A stretch of DNA of 64,000 bases from positions 2,160,593-2,224,592 of the forward strand of contig OZ243975.1 of NCBI GenBank assembly GCA_965214785.1, given 5' to 3'. Below, one piece after another: positions 50,013-60,447 of the stretch (its first letter is position 1; every line of letters starts with the position of its first letter). This DNA is from Arenicellales bacterium. GTDB lineage: Bacteria > Pseudomonadota > Gammaproteobacteria > Arenicellales > JAJDZL01. The notes below the pieces were generated by a model that was given only the letters and a program-made list of their open reading frames with translations, searched no databases and was not told where the DNA came from. A program made the position numbers and the translations under genes.

Positions 50013-51551
50013 ATGACACGACGCAATTCCAGAGCAAAGGCGAACCGACAAGCAGCGCGAAGCCAGACATTTACGCAAAGACCGTTCGCGCAGTTGCGCA
50101 ACCCATACAAGCCAATGGAAATCATCTCAGAGGACCAGCTTGAATCAATCCATCAGACCAGCCTTACTATCCTCAGCGACATCGGAATTAAAGTTGAAAG
50201 TGAAACAGCGCTCAAGCTTCTCACCGACCTAAGAGCAGATATTGATAAAGATACGCGTGTCGTTCGCTTCGACCCTGAATTGATCGAAGAACTGATCACA
50301 GGGCTGCCGCAGGAGTTTACGATTCATGCAAGGAATCCGGCAAAGACAGTCACCATGGGCAAAAACTCGATTGTCTTTGCAACTGTCTGCGGCCCGTCAT
50401 TCGTTTGCGATTTGGATCGCGGTCGAAGAGCCGGCACTTATGAGGATATGGAGAATTTTGTCAAGTTATCCGGGTCGTTGAATGTGTTTCACCAAGACGG
50501 CGGAAGCGGACTCGAGCCATTAGACTTGCCGCCCGAGACGCGGCATCTCGAAATGATGTATGCGCAAATTACATTGACTGATAAATGCTGGCAGCCAAAC
50601 TGGATGAATACCGGCGCCAGAGCGCGAGACTGTATTGAGATGGCAAAAATTGCGCTGCAAACCGATGATGACGGTTTAAGACAGCGGCCAGGCATTGTGG
50701 GTGGCATCAATACCAATACACCGCTGCTGCTCGATGCCGGCCAAGCAGACGGCATGCGTGAATTTGCCCTAGCCGGACAGCCCGTTCATATCACACCGTT
50801 CACACTGGCAGGTGCCATGGCACCGGCAACAGTTGCAGGGGCGGTTGCCTTGCAAAACGCCGAAGCTTTAGGCTGCATTGCATTGACGCAGGCCGCCGCG
50901 CCAGGCTCACCGACTTTCTATGGGCACTTTACATCCAATGTTGACATGCGCACCGGTTCACCGGCTTTTGGTACGCCGGAGTACGCCCAGTCAGTCATTA
51001 TTTCAGGACAATTGGCTCGTCGCTATAAATTGCCACTTCGTTCATCAAGCGCGACGGCTTCTGCGTGTGTGGATTTGCAAGCCACTTACGAAAGCGATAT
51101 GTCGATCAACGCGTGCGTCCAAGCGCATGTAAACTTCGTGATGCACGCCGGCGGGTGGATCGAAGGGGGATTGACCTGTTCTTTCGAAAAGCTAATTTTG
51201 GATGCAGAAATTCTTCAGTTGCAATCGGCTTTCTTGCAACCCGTAGTCATCGATGAAGACGCATTTGGTTTAGATGCGATTAAACAAGTCGGAGCAGGGG
51301 GACACTTTTTTGGAACTGAACACACCCTTGAGCGATACAAAGACGCGTTTTATGAACCGATGCTTTCAGACTGGCGTAATTATGAAACCTGGCGCGACGA
51401 CGGAAGCCGCACTGCGCTCGACAGGGCAAACGAAATCTGGAAGCAAATTTTGCGTGAATACGAAAAACCACCGATCGACCCGGCCATAGAAGATGAGCTG
51501 CAAGCGTTTATGGCCAAGCGTAAAGAACAGATTAAAGCCAAAGGCGTTTGA
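50013..51551 (+). CDS. MttB-superfamily methyltransferase, non-pyrrolysine type (glycine betaine / quaternary amine methyltransferase-like)
   Basis: I moved the start to the ATG at 50013 (MTRRNSRAKANRQAARS.., the basic N-terminus typical of the family). ..EDQLESIHQTSLTILSDIGIKV.. and ..GGHFFGTEHTLERY.. are present. The frame is uninterrupted, with no internal TAG. Confidence 0.85.
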   Translation: MTRRNSRAKANRQAARSQTFTQRPFAQLRNPYKPMEIISEDQLESIHQTSLTILSDIGIKVESETALKLLTDLRADIDKDTRVVRFDPELIEELITGLPQEFTIHARNPAKTVTMGKNSIVFATVCGPSFVCDLDRGRRAGTYEDMENFVKLSGSLNVFHQDGGSGLEPLDLPPETRHLEMMYAQITLTDKCWQPNWMNTGARARDCIEMAKIALQTDDDGLRQRPGIVGGINTNTPLLLDAGQADGMREFALAGQPVHITPFTLAGAMAPATVAGAVALQNAEALGCIALTQAAAPGSPTFYGHFTSNVDMRTGSPAFGTPEYAQSVIISGQLARRYKLPLRSSSATASACVDLQATYESDMSINACVQAHVNFVMHAGGWIEGGLTCSFEKLILDAEILQLQSAFLQPVVIDEDAFGLDAIKQVGAGGHFFGTEHTLERYKDAFYEPMLSDWRNYETWRDDGSRTALDRANEIWKQILREYEKPPIDPAIEDELQAFMAKRKEQIKAKGV

Positions 51552-52672
51552 CGAACGTTCGAAGCAAATACATGTCACGGCATCGAAGTGTTTTTGACCG
51601 CGGCGGCGCGATAGTCGATGGTATCGACAATCTGCTGAGACGCTGCATACAAATACGACCGAAAGACAGTTTGCTGATCGTCGGTGAGGATGGTGCAGAT
51701 TCATACTACGAAAGCGGTTTGTGTGAGGCTGTAGGCCAGCAGGCGGAGAAACTCGGTGCGATTGCAAAGATACAATACGCCACACCCGGTGCTGACGCTT
51801 CGAGTATTTCGGACTCGCTGATCGAACAAATATCAACATCTGACGCGGTTGTCTTTTTTTCCAGAATCGGTGATCAGATAAGGTTCGCCACCTCCAGCAA
51901 AGACGCAAAGAAAGTCATGAGCTACACGCTGACTCAAGCCCATCTTGGCGCACCGTTTGCAACGCTTGACCATCAAAAAATGACCAGCATGCTGCACTTG
52001 CTTGAATCACAGATTCGCGCATCGACTCGATACCGTATTGTTACAGCCAATGGGACTGATTTACATGGAGAAATCCTTTGCAGCAAGACGCGAAGCTCAA
52101 CCAAAAAGTTTTATCTTGAACTGTTTCCGGTGATGATATTTGAACCGGTAATTTGCCACAACCTTTGCGGCAATCTGACTATTTCGAAATTCATCACGTC
52201 AACGTCAACACGGGCATATGACCAAAGCGTATTGCAGATTCAAACACCTGTAAAGGCAAAGGTAGACAATTGTGTCATCACGTCTTTCGACGCAGACAGC
52301 GAGACAGTGCGTCGCCTGACTCGTCAAATTGAACGTGCAGGAGCGTTAAGCGGCGGCGACCCCTATGCACTTCATTCTTGGCATACCGGCATCAATCCGG
52401 GTACGTTTTTTAATGCAGATCCATTTAACAATCTGGAGTATTGGGGGACTGTAGCGTATGGATCTCCAAGATACACTCACATCCATGGTGCCGGGCTCGA
52501 CCCGGGAGATGTGTCCTACAATTTAATGGATGCGACGATTTGGTTTGATGACGATATGTTTTGGGACCGCGGGCGATTTGTGTTCCTTGACAGCGCGCAG
52601 GTCAAGTCGGTTTTCAGTTCAGATGAACGCGAGGTAATGAACGGTCAATATCATCTGAATATAGGGATGTAA
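51548..52672 (+). CDS. Hypothetical protein, possibly aminopeptidase-T (M29)/NicX-like fold
   Basis: 374 aa. The TTG start overlaps the mttB stop (TTGA); ATG 51572 is the alternative. The N-terminal ..LLRRCIQIRPKDSLLIVGEDGAD..AEKLGA.. resembles the M29/NicX family opening. This is a weak call. Confidence 0.5.
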   Translation: MTNVRSKYMSRHRSVFDRGGAIVDGIDNLLRRCIQIRPKDSLLIVGEDGADSYYESGLCEAVGQQAEKLGAIAKIQYATPGADASSISDSLIEQISTSDAVVFFSRIGDQIRFATSSKDAKKVMSYTLTQAHLGAPFATLDHQKMTSMLHLLESQIRASTRYRIVTANGTDLHGEILCSKTRSSTKKFYLELFPVMIFEPVICHNLCGNLTISKFITSTSTRAYDQSVLQIQTPVKAKVDNCVITSFDADSETVRRLTRQIERAGALSGGDPYALHSWHTGINPGTFFNADPFNNLEYWGTVAYGSPRYTHIHGAGLDPGDVSYNLMDATIWFDDDMFWDRGRFVFLDSAQVKSVFSSDEREVMNGQYHLNIGM

Positions 52673-52802
52673 GTGTTTTGGACATTCCGGCGTTGATTGG
52701 CTAAAGCAAGTTTTGTGCATTTACAAATAGATATGACAGGATATGACAGGCTTGTTTTATACACGCGCTTGCAGGCAACGGGGTTTGGCAGGAATCTTTC
52801 AG

Positions 52803-53513
52803 TCACCCGTATTGATTAAACACCCACAGCAGCACACCAGCGCAAATCAGACCGACTATTACACCCCTTATCGAAGACACAATCCGCGGTGCGTTTTTCG
52901 CAATGTGCTCAGGAACCGATCGCGTGCCCACAATCATGGGCCGAATCAAATTGTCCTTTTTATAAAGGTAGTAAAATGCGTTTGCAGCCAAATGAGCCAT
53001 GATCAGCACGAAAAGCCACTGTTCGTGATCCTCGTGAAATTCGCTCGCCCATCGACTCACATCGTACGAAACATAGTAGGCAAAAGGCCCTTCAACAAGC
53101 CCGTCTATATCTGACGAGATCAATCCGGTTGATACCTGAACAATCACTGCGACTAGGATCAAAATAACCGCAATGGATCCGATCGGGCTGTGAGACATGC
53201 CGTAACCAGGCTGACGTCGAGGCAGGTTTCGAACGTACTCGATATAGTGTCGAGGTAAGAATAACCAGCTCGAAAAACGGGCATTGCTGCTGCCTGCAAA
53301 GCCCCACAAAATGCGCGCTGCGAGCAATATCGCTATACCCTTGCCCGCAAGAATATGGATGTCGAAGTTCTCCACTTCGGCACTGACAAACATGACAGTA
53401 ACGAGTATCGCCAAAAGCCAGTGAAACACGCGAAGTGGAAGGTCCCAAACTTTAACTGTAACAAACTTGGCGTCTTTGCTGTTCGGCATTTTTCTATGTT
53501 TGTTGGAAAACAC
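52803..53513 (-). CDS. Cytochrome b561 / Ni-Fe hydrogenase b-type cytochrome family membrane protein
   Basis: 236 aa. ..VWDLPLRVFHWLLAILV.. with conserved His in TM helices (..HILAGK.., ..FVLIMAHLAANAFY..). Confidence 0.8.
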   Translation of the reverse strand: MFSNKHRKMPNSKDAKFVTVKVWDLPLRVFHWLLAILVTVMFVSAEVENFDIHILAGKGIAILLAARILWGFAGSSNARFSSWLFLPRHYIEYVRNLPRRQPGYGMSHSPIGSIAVILILVAVIVQVSTGLISSDIDGLVEGPFAYYVSYDVSRWASEFHEDHEQWLFVLIMAHLAANAFYYLYKKDNLIRPMIVGTRSVPEHIAKNAPRIVSSIRGVIVGLICAGVLLWVFNQYG

Positions 53514-53559
53514 GCGGTGCTTCGGTGCGCGGCACTTGCCTTAATACCCCTTCTTTGAG

Positions 53560-54057
53560 TTAGATCAGCTCACGGGGAATGACAAAATCAACCAGCTCAG
53601 CGCTTCCCATCTGAATGTCTGCCCAATCGTTTACAGGAAAATCACAGACAAGTGTCGCTGCTGTCGGGTATTGCCAAAAAGCGTGATGCTTCGGCACCTG
53701 ATGCATAATTACTTCGGCGAACGAGCCGATTCCAGGATTGTGCCCCAATACAAGTGCCGGTGAATCGCCAGCGCTTTTTAATACCTCATTGATTGTATAG
53801 GCACTACCATGATATAGGTCCGCCTCAAGCAAAACAGTGCACGCCTTAGGCATGAAATATTCCATTCTTTGCCATGTCTCGCAGGTGCGTTTGGAAGTCG
53901 AACACAAGACCACATTGGGAATATACCCGTTTTCCGCCAGCCATTGGCCGATCGCGTCGGCAGACTTTCGACCGCGCTTCGATAGCGGCCGGTCGTGATC
54001 TGACAGATTTAAATTGTCCCAACTGGACTTGGCATGGCGCACGACAATCAGTCGCAT
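53560..54057 (-). CDS. sixA: Histidine phosphatase family protein (SixA-like)
   Basis: I moved the start to the ATG at 54057 (MRLIVVRHAKS.., the RHG-type motif). ..RPLSKRGR.. and ..LVLGHNPG.. are present. It overlaps the speB stop by 10 nt. Confidence 0.8.
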   Translation of the reverse strand: MRLIVVRHAKSSWDNLNLSDHDRPLSKRGRKSADAIGQWLAENGYIPNVVLCSTSKRTCETWQRMEYFMPKACTVLLEADLYHGSAYTINEVLKSAGDSPALVLGHNPGIGSFAEVIMHQVPKHHAFWQYPTAATLVCDFPVNDWADIQMGSAELVDFVIPRELI

Positions 54058-55025
54058 GATGAATCTGTCCGTGTGCTGCACACAATCAGATTGACCAATT
54101 CGAATGCCAGTGTGGCTGCTGCCAGCGAAGTGATCTCCGCATGGTCATAGGCAGGGGCAACTTCGACGATGTCAGCTCCGACTATTTTCAGACCCTTGAG
54201 TCCCCGCAAAATATTCACCAATTCCCGGCTGCTGAGTCCAGCGATTTCCGGTGTGCCTGTGCCAGGGGCATGGGCTGGGTCAAGAACGTCGATATCAACA
54301 GACAGATAAAGCGGAACATCACCTACCCGGTCGCGAATACGCCTGGCGATATGATCCGGCCCCATCTCGTTTAACTCGTCACAATGAATGACTTTGAATC
54401 CCAACTGTTCGTCCTGGCGCAAATCTTCGCTGCTATAGAGCGGTCCGCGGATTCCAACATGCATGGAATGCTCATCGTCAAACAGTCCTTCTTCAGCTGC
54501 CCGTCGAAATGGCGTGCCGTGCGTATAAGGTGCACCGAAGTACGTGTCCCAAGTGTCAAGGTGAGCGTCAAAGTGGACAAGCGCTACCGGTCCGTGACGA
54601 CGATGCATCGCCCTTAGCAGGGGCACTGCGATCGTGTGGTCACCGCCGAGACTGATGAGTGTTTCTGCCTTGTCCAGAAACGCCGAGGCCGCCGACTCGA
54701 TCTGGCTGATCGCTTCTTGAATATCAAACGGATTGCACGCAATGTCACCAGCATCTGCGACCTGAATCTCGCGAAAAGGCTCAGTGCTGTACGCCGGATG
54801 AAAATTGTAGCGAAGATGGCGGGAGGCCTGACGAATCGCCTGCGGTCCAAAACGCGCACCAGGTCGGTAACTGGTCCCCGAATCAAACGGAATACCAACA
54901 ATTGCGACATCGCAATAGGGTACATCTCGAAGTTCAGGCAGACGGCAAAAAGTCGATGGGCCCGCATAGCGCGGCACAATGGTACCCGCGACAGGCTCAA
55001 TTGGAGGTGTTTTTCGTTCAGTCAT
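54048..55025 (-). CDS. speB: Agmatinase / ureohydrolase family (agmatinase or guanidino-acid hydrolase)
   Basis: 325 aa. Mn-binding motifs GGDHTIA, FDAHLDT, SVDIDVLDPA. Confidence 0.88.
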   Translation of the reverse strand: MTERKTPPIEPVAGTIVPRYAGPSTFCRLPELRDVPYCDVAIVGIPFDSGTSYRPGARFGPQAIRQASRHLRYNFHPAYSTEPFREIQVADAGDIACNPFDIQEAISQIESAASAFLDKAETLISLGGDHTIAVPLLRAMHRRHGPVALVHFDAHLDTWDTYFGAPYTHGTPFRRAAEEGLFDDEHSMHVGIRGPLYSSEDLRQDEQLGFKVIHCDELNEMGPDHIARRIRDRVGDVPLYLSVDIDVLDPAHAPGTGTPEIAGLSSRELVNILRGLKGLKIVGADIVEVAPAYDHAEITSLAAATLAFELVNLIVCSTRTDSSCD

Positions 55026-55345
55026 AATCAGTGATGTGAGGCACTTTGTGTGAGGCGCTTTATGTTGTCAATACGCCCAATTGTAATTAATTTGTAACCG
55101 GTATCATGGAGCAGACTTGACACCAGCATAAAAGATTTTTTACCGGACACTGTTGCCTGTAACACAACGGCTGCACAAGTGTTCTGAATTTGTGATTGCT
55201 TGCAATCTGTAATCATCGAAAGGTGAAACTTTTCCAGCTCGTCTGCAAGTTATTCTCGTATAATAACAATCCCTACGATTTACACTACAAAATCATAATA
55301 GAGCCGTTCGTCGCTCAACCGATGGATGGACACTAGAGGTATCTA

Positions 55346-55705
55346 ATGGCACGAATTACAGTAGAAGATTGTCTCGACAAAGTTGAAAATCGCTTTCAGC
55401 TTGTGCTGATTGCCACCAAACGCACGCGGCAGCTGGTCAGTGGCGCCGAACCGCTTGTCGACCGGGACAACGATAAAGAGACCGTGATTGCACTGCGGGA
55501 AATTGCAGAAGGACTGATTACCAAGGACATCCTTGACGAAGATGACAGTCCTCCAGGTCTGGAAAGCCTCGATTTCTCACAAGAGCACAGCGAAAGCCGC
55601 AGTGAAGAAGTCCCGCTTACGAATGCAAACAACGACGATAACGACGAGATCGACGAGACCGACCAGGACGAGCAGAGCGAGCCGGCTGATCAAATCACAC
55701 AGTGA
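55346..55705 (+). CDS. rpoZ: DNA-directed RNA polymerase subunit omega, with an extended acidic C-terminal tail
   Basis: [30 protein letters not shown].. is canonical. At 119 aa it is longer than the 91 aa of E. coli, because of the tail ..[20 protein letters not shown]... Confidence 0.93.
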   Translation: MARITVEDCLDKVENRFQLVLIATKRTRQLVSGAEPLVDRDNDKETVIALREIAEGLITKDILDEDDSPPGLESLDFSQEHSESRSEEVPLTNANNDDNDEIDETDQDEQSEPADQITQ

Positions 55706-57869
55706 CAAGCTATCGGATTTCTTTCGTTGGCTTAAGATCTCGAATGAAGAAGAGCAGCAGTTCCGGGGACTTTGCTCTACACTGGAAACGTATCTTGACG
55801 ATTCCCAGATAAATGTCATAAAGCAGGCATATCAGGTCGGCGCGCAAGCGCATAAAGGTCAACGCCGCAAAAGCGGCGAAAACTATATCAACCATCCCCT
55901 CGCAGTCGCCTGCATATTGGCAGACCTTCATCTAGACTGCACGACTATCGCTGCTGCAATTTTGCACGATACGATAGAAGATACTGACGTGACTGTTGAT
56001 CAGCTAGAGCAGCAGTTCGGCCCGCAAGTCGCTGTGCTAGTCGCCGGTGTGAGCAAGGTCTCCAAGGCGAAGTTCAACTCCATCAACGACTATCAGGCGG
56101 AGAACACCCGCCACTTGTTTGTGGCGATGTCGAAAGACATTCGCGTCGTTCTGATTAAATTGGCTGACCGACTGCACAATCTTTCGTCGATCGATGTGCA
56201 CGCGCTGCAAAAACGAAAACGGATCGTGCGTGAAACACAGGAAATTTACATCCCGGTTGCCAATCATCTGGGTATGTACAACTGGCTTCAGCAAATGGAA
56301 GATTTGTGCTTTAAAGCCATGTATCCCGAACGTTACAAAACCATCGGCAAAGCGGTGCGAAAAGGCATCGGCGGGCGGGTCGATGACATCATCAAAAAAC
56401 ACACCAAACAGATTAAGACAGAACTTAAAAAGAACAAAATCGAAGCAGAGGTTTCCGGACGTTTTAAGAATATCGCTTCGATTCACGACAAGATGAAGCG
56501 AAAAGGAAACTCGCTGTCTGCGGTGCAGGATCTTTTTGCGTTTCGCGTCATCGTATCAGACATTGACAGCTGTTACCGCACACTCGGTGTAATCCACAGA
56601 CGATACAAACCGATTAGCGGAGGATTCAGCGACTACATCGCAATTCCCAAGTCAAACGGCTACGAGTCACTGCACACGGTGGTCCACGGCGAACTGGGCC
56701 GGGCGATTGAAGTGCAAATCCGCACCCGGCAAATGCACCAGATCGCTGAATCTGGTGTCGCGTCCCATTTGCGTTATAAAGCCAATGCGTCATCGAAAGA
56801 TTCGAATGCGCCGATGCTGCGGTCATTCCATGACTTGATTCACAATCTGGACGAATCGGAAACGCCTGCAGAGTATCTCAACAACATGCGGATGGATCTT
56901 TTTTTCGACTACGTGCACGTATTTATGCCCAACGGCGAGATCAAGCGAATGAAAAAAGGTGCCTCCGTGATCGATTTCGCTTATGCAGTGCACACCGACA
57001 TTGGAGACGGAACCAAGTCGGCGATGATCAATGGACAGCGGGTGCCGCTGCATACCGTGCTAAACAACGGCGACAGTGTCAAAATTAACTCCTCGAAAAC
57101 AAAAAAACCGGATCCCGCCTGGCTGAATTTTGTGGTGACCAGCCGCGCTCGAATGGCGATACGCAAAGCACTGAAAAACAAATCGGAAAAAGAGCAGGAA
57201 AAACTCGGCTCCAAACTGTTCAAACAAGTGCTCGACAGCTACCGCATCAAAGCGTCCTCGGTAAGTGGCCAGATGAAACGCAAATTGGCCAAACAGAATC
57301 AATCGGATTGGGCGGGTTTGCTGAGAAATATCGGCCGCGGAGAATTGAACGCAACAATTGTTGCCGAACAGGTGTTCCGCGAGATGTCACCGGATGCCAA
57401 GCCGGCAACAGCGGACGACATATCGCTGTCGTTAGCCGGCACCGAAGGCACAGTCATTACCTATCCGAAATGCTGTAACCCGATTCCTCCCGAACCGATT
57501 GTTGCACACATGGTGCGCGGTCGAGGATTTGTTGTCCATCACAGTGATTGCCCGAATGTCAAAGCCTCCAAGGATCCGCCTGAACACTGGGTCAAATTTG
57601 ACTGGAAAAACCAGCCCAAGGGTGTGTTTCGAACTTCAATTCAAGTGGATGCAGAAGATGGCAAAGGTGTGCTCGCTGGGGTGACAGCCCGCATATCGGC
57701 AGAGCAGGCGAATATCCGCGACTGTAAAATTAAAACCAGTCAAGACGGCGGTGAGGCCACCTTGCATTTTGATATTGAAGTGACAGACAGAGCTCACTTG
57801 GCAAGAATTATCAGAAAAATCAGACGCGACAGCAAAGTTGTGCGCGTCAGCCGTGTAAACCCGAATTAG
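55623..57869 (+). CDS. spoT: Bifunctional (p)ppGpp synthetase/hydrolase SpoT (5' end unresolved)
   Basis: HD hydrolase motif (..[26 protein letters not shown]..), RelA/SpoT synthetase domain, TGS and ACT regions, all colinear with E. coli SpoT from ..[12 protein letters not shown]... The listed start is only the nearest canonical in-frame ATG, and it lies 83 nt inside rpoZ. See the finding on an out-of-frame ATG at 55744. Confidence 0.9.
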   Translation: MQTTTITTRSTRPTRTSRASRLIKSHSDKLSDFFRWLKISNEEEQQFRGLCSTLETYLDDSQINVIKQAYQVGAQAHKGQRRKSGENYINHPLAVACILADLHLDCTTIAAAILHDTIEDTDVTVDQLEQQFGPQVAVLVAGVSKVSKAKFNSINDYQAENTRHLFVAMSKDIRVVLIKLADRLHNLSSIDVHALQKRKRIVRETQEIYIPVANHLGMYNWLQQMEDLCFKAMYPERYKTIGKAVRKGIGGRVDDIIKKHTKQIKTELKKNKIEAEVSGRFKNIASIHDKMKRKGNSLSAVQDLFAFRVIVSDIDSCYRTLGVIHRRYKPISGGFSDYIAIPKSNGYESLHTVVHGELGRAIEVQIRTRQMHQIAESGVASHLRYKANASSKDSNAPMLRSFHDLIHNLDESETPAEYLNNMRMDLFFDYVHVFMPNGEIKRMKKGASVIDFAYAVHTDIGDGTKSAMINGQRVPLHTVLNNGDSVKINSSKTKKPDPAWLNFVVTSRARMAIRKALKNKSEKEQEKLGSKLFKQVLDSYRIKASSVSGQMKRKLAKQNQSDWAGLLRNIGRGELNATIVAEQVFREMSPDAKPATADDISLSLAGTEGTVITYPKCCNPIPPEPIVAHMVRGRGFVVHHSDCPNVKASKDPPEHWVKFDWKNQPKGVFRTSIQVDAEDGKGVLAGVTARISAEQANIRDCKIKTSQDGGEATLHFDIEVTDRAHLARIIRKIRRDSKVVRVSRVNPN

Positions 57870-57963
57870 AACCAACAGCCATTCACACTTTAGTGCCGTC
57901 TGAAAGACTTAAAAAGCATGATTGCCTCGCGATCACTTAAGCGGTGAAACAGGATTCGACGCC

Positions 57964-58353
57964 ATGACAAAACGACAGGTTATCTCAACTGACAAAGCCC
58001 CCGCTGCGATTGGAGCTTATTCTCAAGGCGCCCGTCACGGTTCGACCGTGTACATCTCCGGTCAGATTCCAATCGACCCGGCTACGCAAAACGTGATCGA
58101 TGGCGATGCAAAAATGCAGATTGATCGGGTTTTTAAAAATGTCGAAGCCGTAGTGCAGGCCGCCGGTGGAACTTTGGACGATGTCGTCAAGATTACGGTG
58201 TATCTGACCGACCTTGGTGACTTTCCGATCGTCAATGAGGTAATGGAACGCTGCTTTAACAAACCGTACCCGGCGCGGGCCGCAATCGGAGTTGCATCTT
58301 TGCCCAAAGGGGTGTCGGTTGAAGTTGAAGCGATTATGTCAGTGCCCGATTAG
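57964..58353 (+). CDS. ridA: RidA (YjgF/TdcF) family reactive-intermediate deaminase
   Basis: I moved the start to the ATG at 57964 (MTKRQVISTDKAPAAIGAYSQG..). ..PARAAIGVASLPKGVSVEVEAI.. is present. Confidence 0.92.
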   Translation: MTKRQVISTDKAPAAIGAYSQGARHGSTVYISGQIPIDPATQNVIDGDAKMQIDRVFKNVEAVVQAAGGTLDDVVKITVYLTDLGDFPIVNEVMERCFNKPYPARAAIGVASLPKGVSVEVEAIMSVPD

Positions 58354-60447
58354 GTGGACTCTGAAATTCCGCAACAGGTAGAGGATATTCCAGTTTCGGA
58401 ACTGCCGCGGGTAGGGCCGAAACTAAAATCGCTGCTGGAAAAAATCGGCATCACGCAGATAAAGGACCTGCTGTTCCACCTGCCCTACCGCTACGAAGAC
58501 AAGACGCGAGCCGTTCCGCTTGGCTCAGTTGTCGCCGGCGAGCGAGTGCTCATCATCGGCAAAATAGCCGCAGTCAGTGAAAAGTTCTCGGGACGACGCG
58601 CTTTGGTGGCTGACATCCGAGATGCAACCGGTTCGATATCCATGTGCCTGTTTCACTTCAACACGCGCCAACGCGAAAATCTCGAACGTGCAAACTGGAT
58701 ACGCTGCTATGGCGAAGCTCGGCTTGGCCGCTACAAACTGCAGATGATTCATCCCGAATACACAGTTTTTGATCGTGAGCCGCAACCGCCTGATTCAGAC
58801 CGTCTTACACCGGTCTACCGGCGAACAGAAGGAATAACCCAGTACCTGATGCGGACCATCGTCAAATCGTCACTGACCGTGAGTCAAAGACGAAGTTTGC
58901 AGGAGCTTTTGCCCGAACAAGTGCGAAAAGCCAATGGGCTTCCGGACATCCATCAAGCGCTAGACTACGTCCATGCGCCACCTGTGAGCGACGGGTTATT
59001 TGACACTGTAGACTACAACGCACCGGCGATGCGCCGGTTCATTTTTGAAGAGCTGGTTTCGTTTCAGATTGCCCGTATGCAACAGAAAAAACTGCGTCAA
59101 TCAAGCAGTGCCGAAAGCATGCATCCGCAAGGTGACTTGTCAGACCGGCTAAAACAGTCTCTGCCGTTTGAACCGACCGGCTCTCAAATCAAGGTAATTC
59201 GCGAAATCATTGTTGACTTAAGAAAAGACCAGCCGATGCTGCGACTGGTACAAGGTGATGTCGGTTCTGGCAAAACTCTGGTTGCCGCAGCGGCAGTTGC
59301 ATGGGTGGTGGACTGTAAACATCAGGTGGCAATCATGGCACCTACTGAGCTTTTGGCCGAACAGCATCTGAAAACTTTTACCGAGTGGTTTTTGCCACTA
59401 GGCATTGAGGTTGCGCTCCTCACTGGCCGTTTGCCGGCAAAACAACGCCGCTACGTCACCCACGCGGCCCGACATGGATCGGCGAAAATTGTGATTGGCA
59501 CCCACGCGCTGTTCCAAGAAGGCGTTGAATTCAAAAGCCTCGGTCTGGTTGTGGTTGACGAGCAGCATCGGTTCGGAGTAGGTCAACGCTATGCGCTGCG
59601 TGAAAAAGGGATCAGCGCCAGTAAAGTTCCACACCAGCTAGTGATGACTGCCACACCTATTCCCAGAACTTTGGCGATGACGTTTTATGCTGACCTTGAT
59701 GTATCGAGTGTGACTGAAATGCCGCCAGGGAGAGTTCCGGTACAAACAGCAGCCATGCCTGCATCCCAACGAAACCGGGTGCTTACCATGGTGAGGAATC
59801 TTTGCGCAACCGGCCAGCAGGCATATTGGGTGTGTCCGATTATTGACAAGTCAGAGACCATTGAGGCACAAGCCGCAGTTGACGCGCAGCAGTACGTAAG
59901 CGATGCACTTGAGGGCTATTCGGTTGGACTGATCCATGGAAGACTGAAATCCACCGACAGAGACCGTGTGATGGATTCTTTTCGCAAAGGGGAAATTCAT
60001 GTACTGGTCGCAACAACGATTATCGAGGTCGGGGTCGATGTACCGAACGCGACATTGATGGTGATTGAAAGCTCAGACCGCCTGGGTCTTGCTCAGTTGC
60101 ACCAGCTGCGAGGCAGGGTTGGCCGCAGCTCCAAGCAGTCCCGATGTGTTTTGATGCATAAAGATGATCCTTCTAAAATCGCACGCGAAAGATTGTCGGT
60201 CATGAAAGAGTCAAACGATGGGTTTAAAATCTCTGAGATCGATCTGAAACTGCGCGGTGCCGGCGAATTGCTGGGCACCCGCCAAAGCGGTGCACAATTG
60301 TTTCGAATTGCAGAATTGCCCAGAGACATGGGATTGATTGGTGAAGTCAATCAGGCGGCTGAGTTGATTTTGCAACAAACAGCAGATCTCGCCGGCCCGC
60401 TGATCCGACGCTGGACGCCTAAAGACGGTGATTACATTTCTGTTTGA
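58354..60447 (+). CDS. recG: ATP-dependent DNA helicase RecG
   Basis: 697 aa from a GTG start. Wedge domain, Walker A GDVGSGKT, DEQHRFG, and the TRG motif region ..QLRGRVGR... Confidence 0.95.
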   Translation: MDSEIPQQVEDIPVSELPRVGPKLKSLLEKIGITQIKDLLFHLPYRYEDKTRAVPLGSVVAGERVLIIGKIAAVSEKFSGRRALVADIRDATGSISMCLFHFNTRQRENLERANWIRCYGEARLGRYKLQMIHPEYTVFDREPQPPDSDRLTPVYRRTEGITQYLMRTIVKSSLTVSQRRSLQELLPEQVRKANGLPDIHQALDYVHAPPVSDGLFDTVDYNAPAMRRFIFEELVSFQIARMQQKKLRQSSSAESMHPQGDLSDRLKQSLPFEPTGSQIKVIREIIVDLRKDQPMLRLVQGDVGSGKTLVAAAAVAWVVDCKHQVAIMAPTELLAEQHLKTFTEWFLPLGIEVALLTGRLPAKQRRYVTHAARHGSAKIVIGTHALFQEGVEFKSLGLVVVDEQHRFGVGQRYALREKGISASKVPHQLVMTATPIPRTLAMTFYADLDVSSVTEMPPGRVPVQTAAMPASQRNRVLTMVRNLCATGQQAYWVCPIIDKSETIEAQAAVDAQQYVSDALEGYSVGLIHGRLKSTDRDRVMDSFRKGEIHVLVATTIIEVGVDVPNATLMVIESSDRLGLAQLHQLRGRVGRSSKQSRCVLMHKDDPSKIARERLSVMKESNDGFKISEIDLKLRGAGELLGTRQSGAQLFRIAELPRDMGLIGEVNQAAELILQQTADLAGPLIRRWTPKDGDYISV

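Noticed and set aside
50013-51551. Pyrrolysine (in-frame TAG) in the MttB genes
   Set aside because: Both MttB-family frames are uninterrupted in the window. No internal amber codon and no pyl genes are seen, so they are non-Pyl members.
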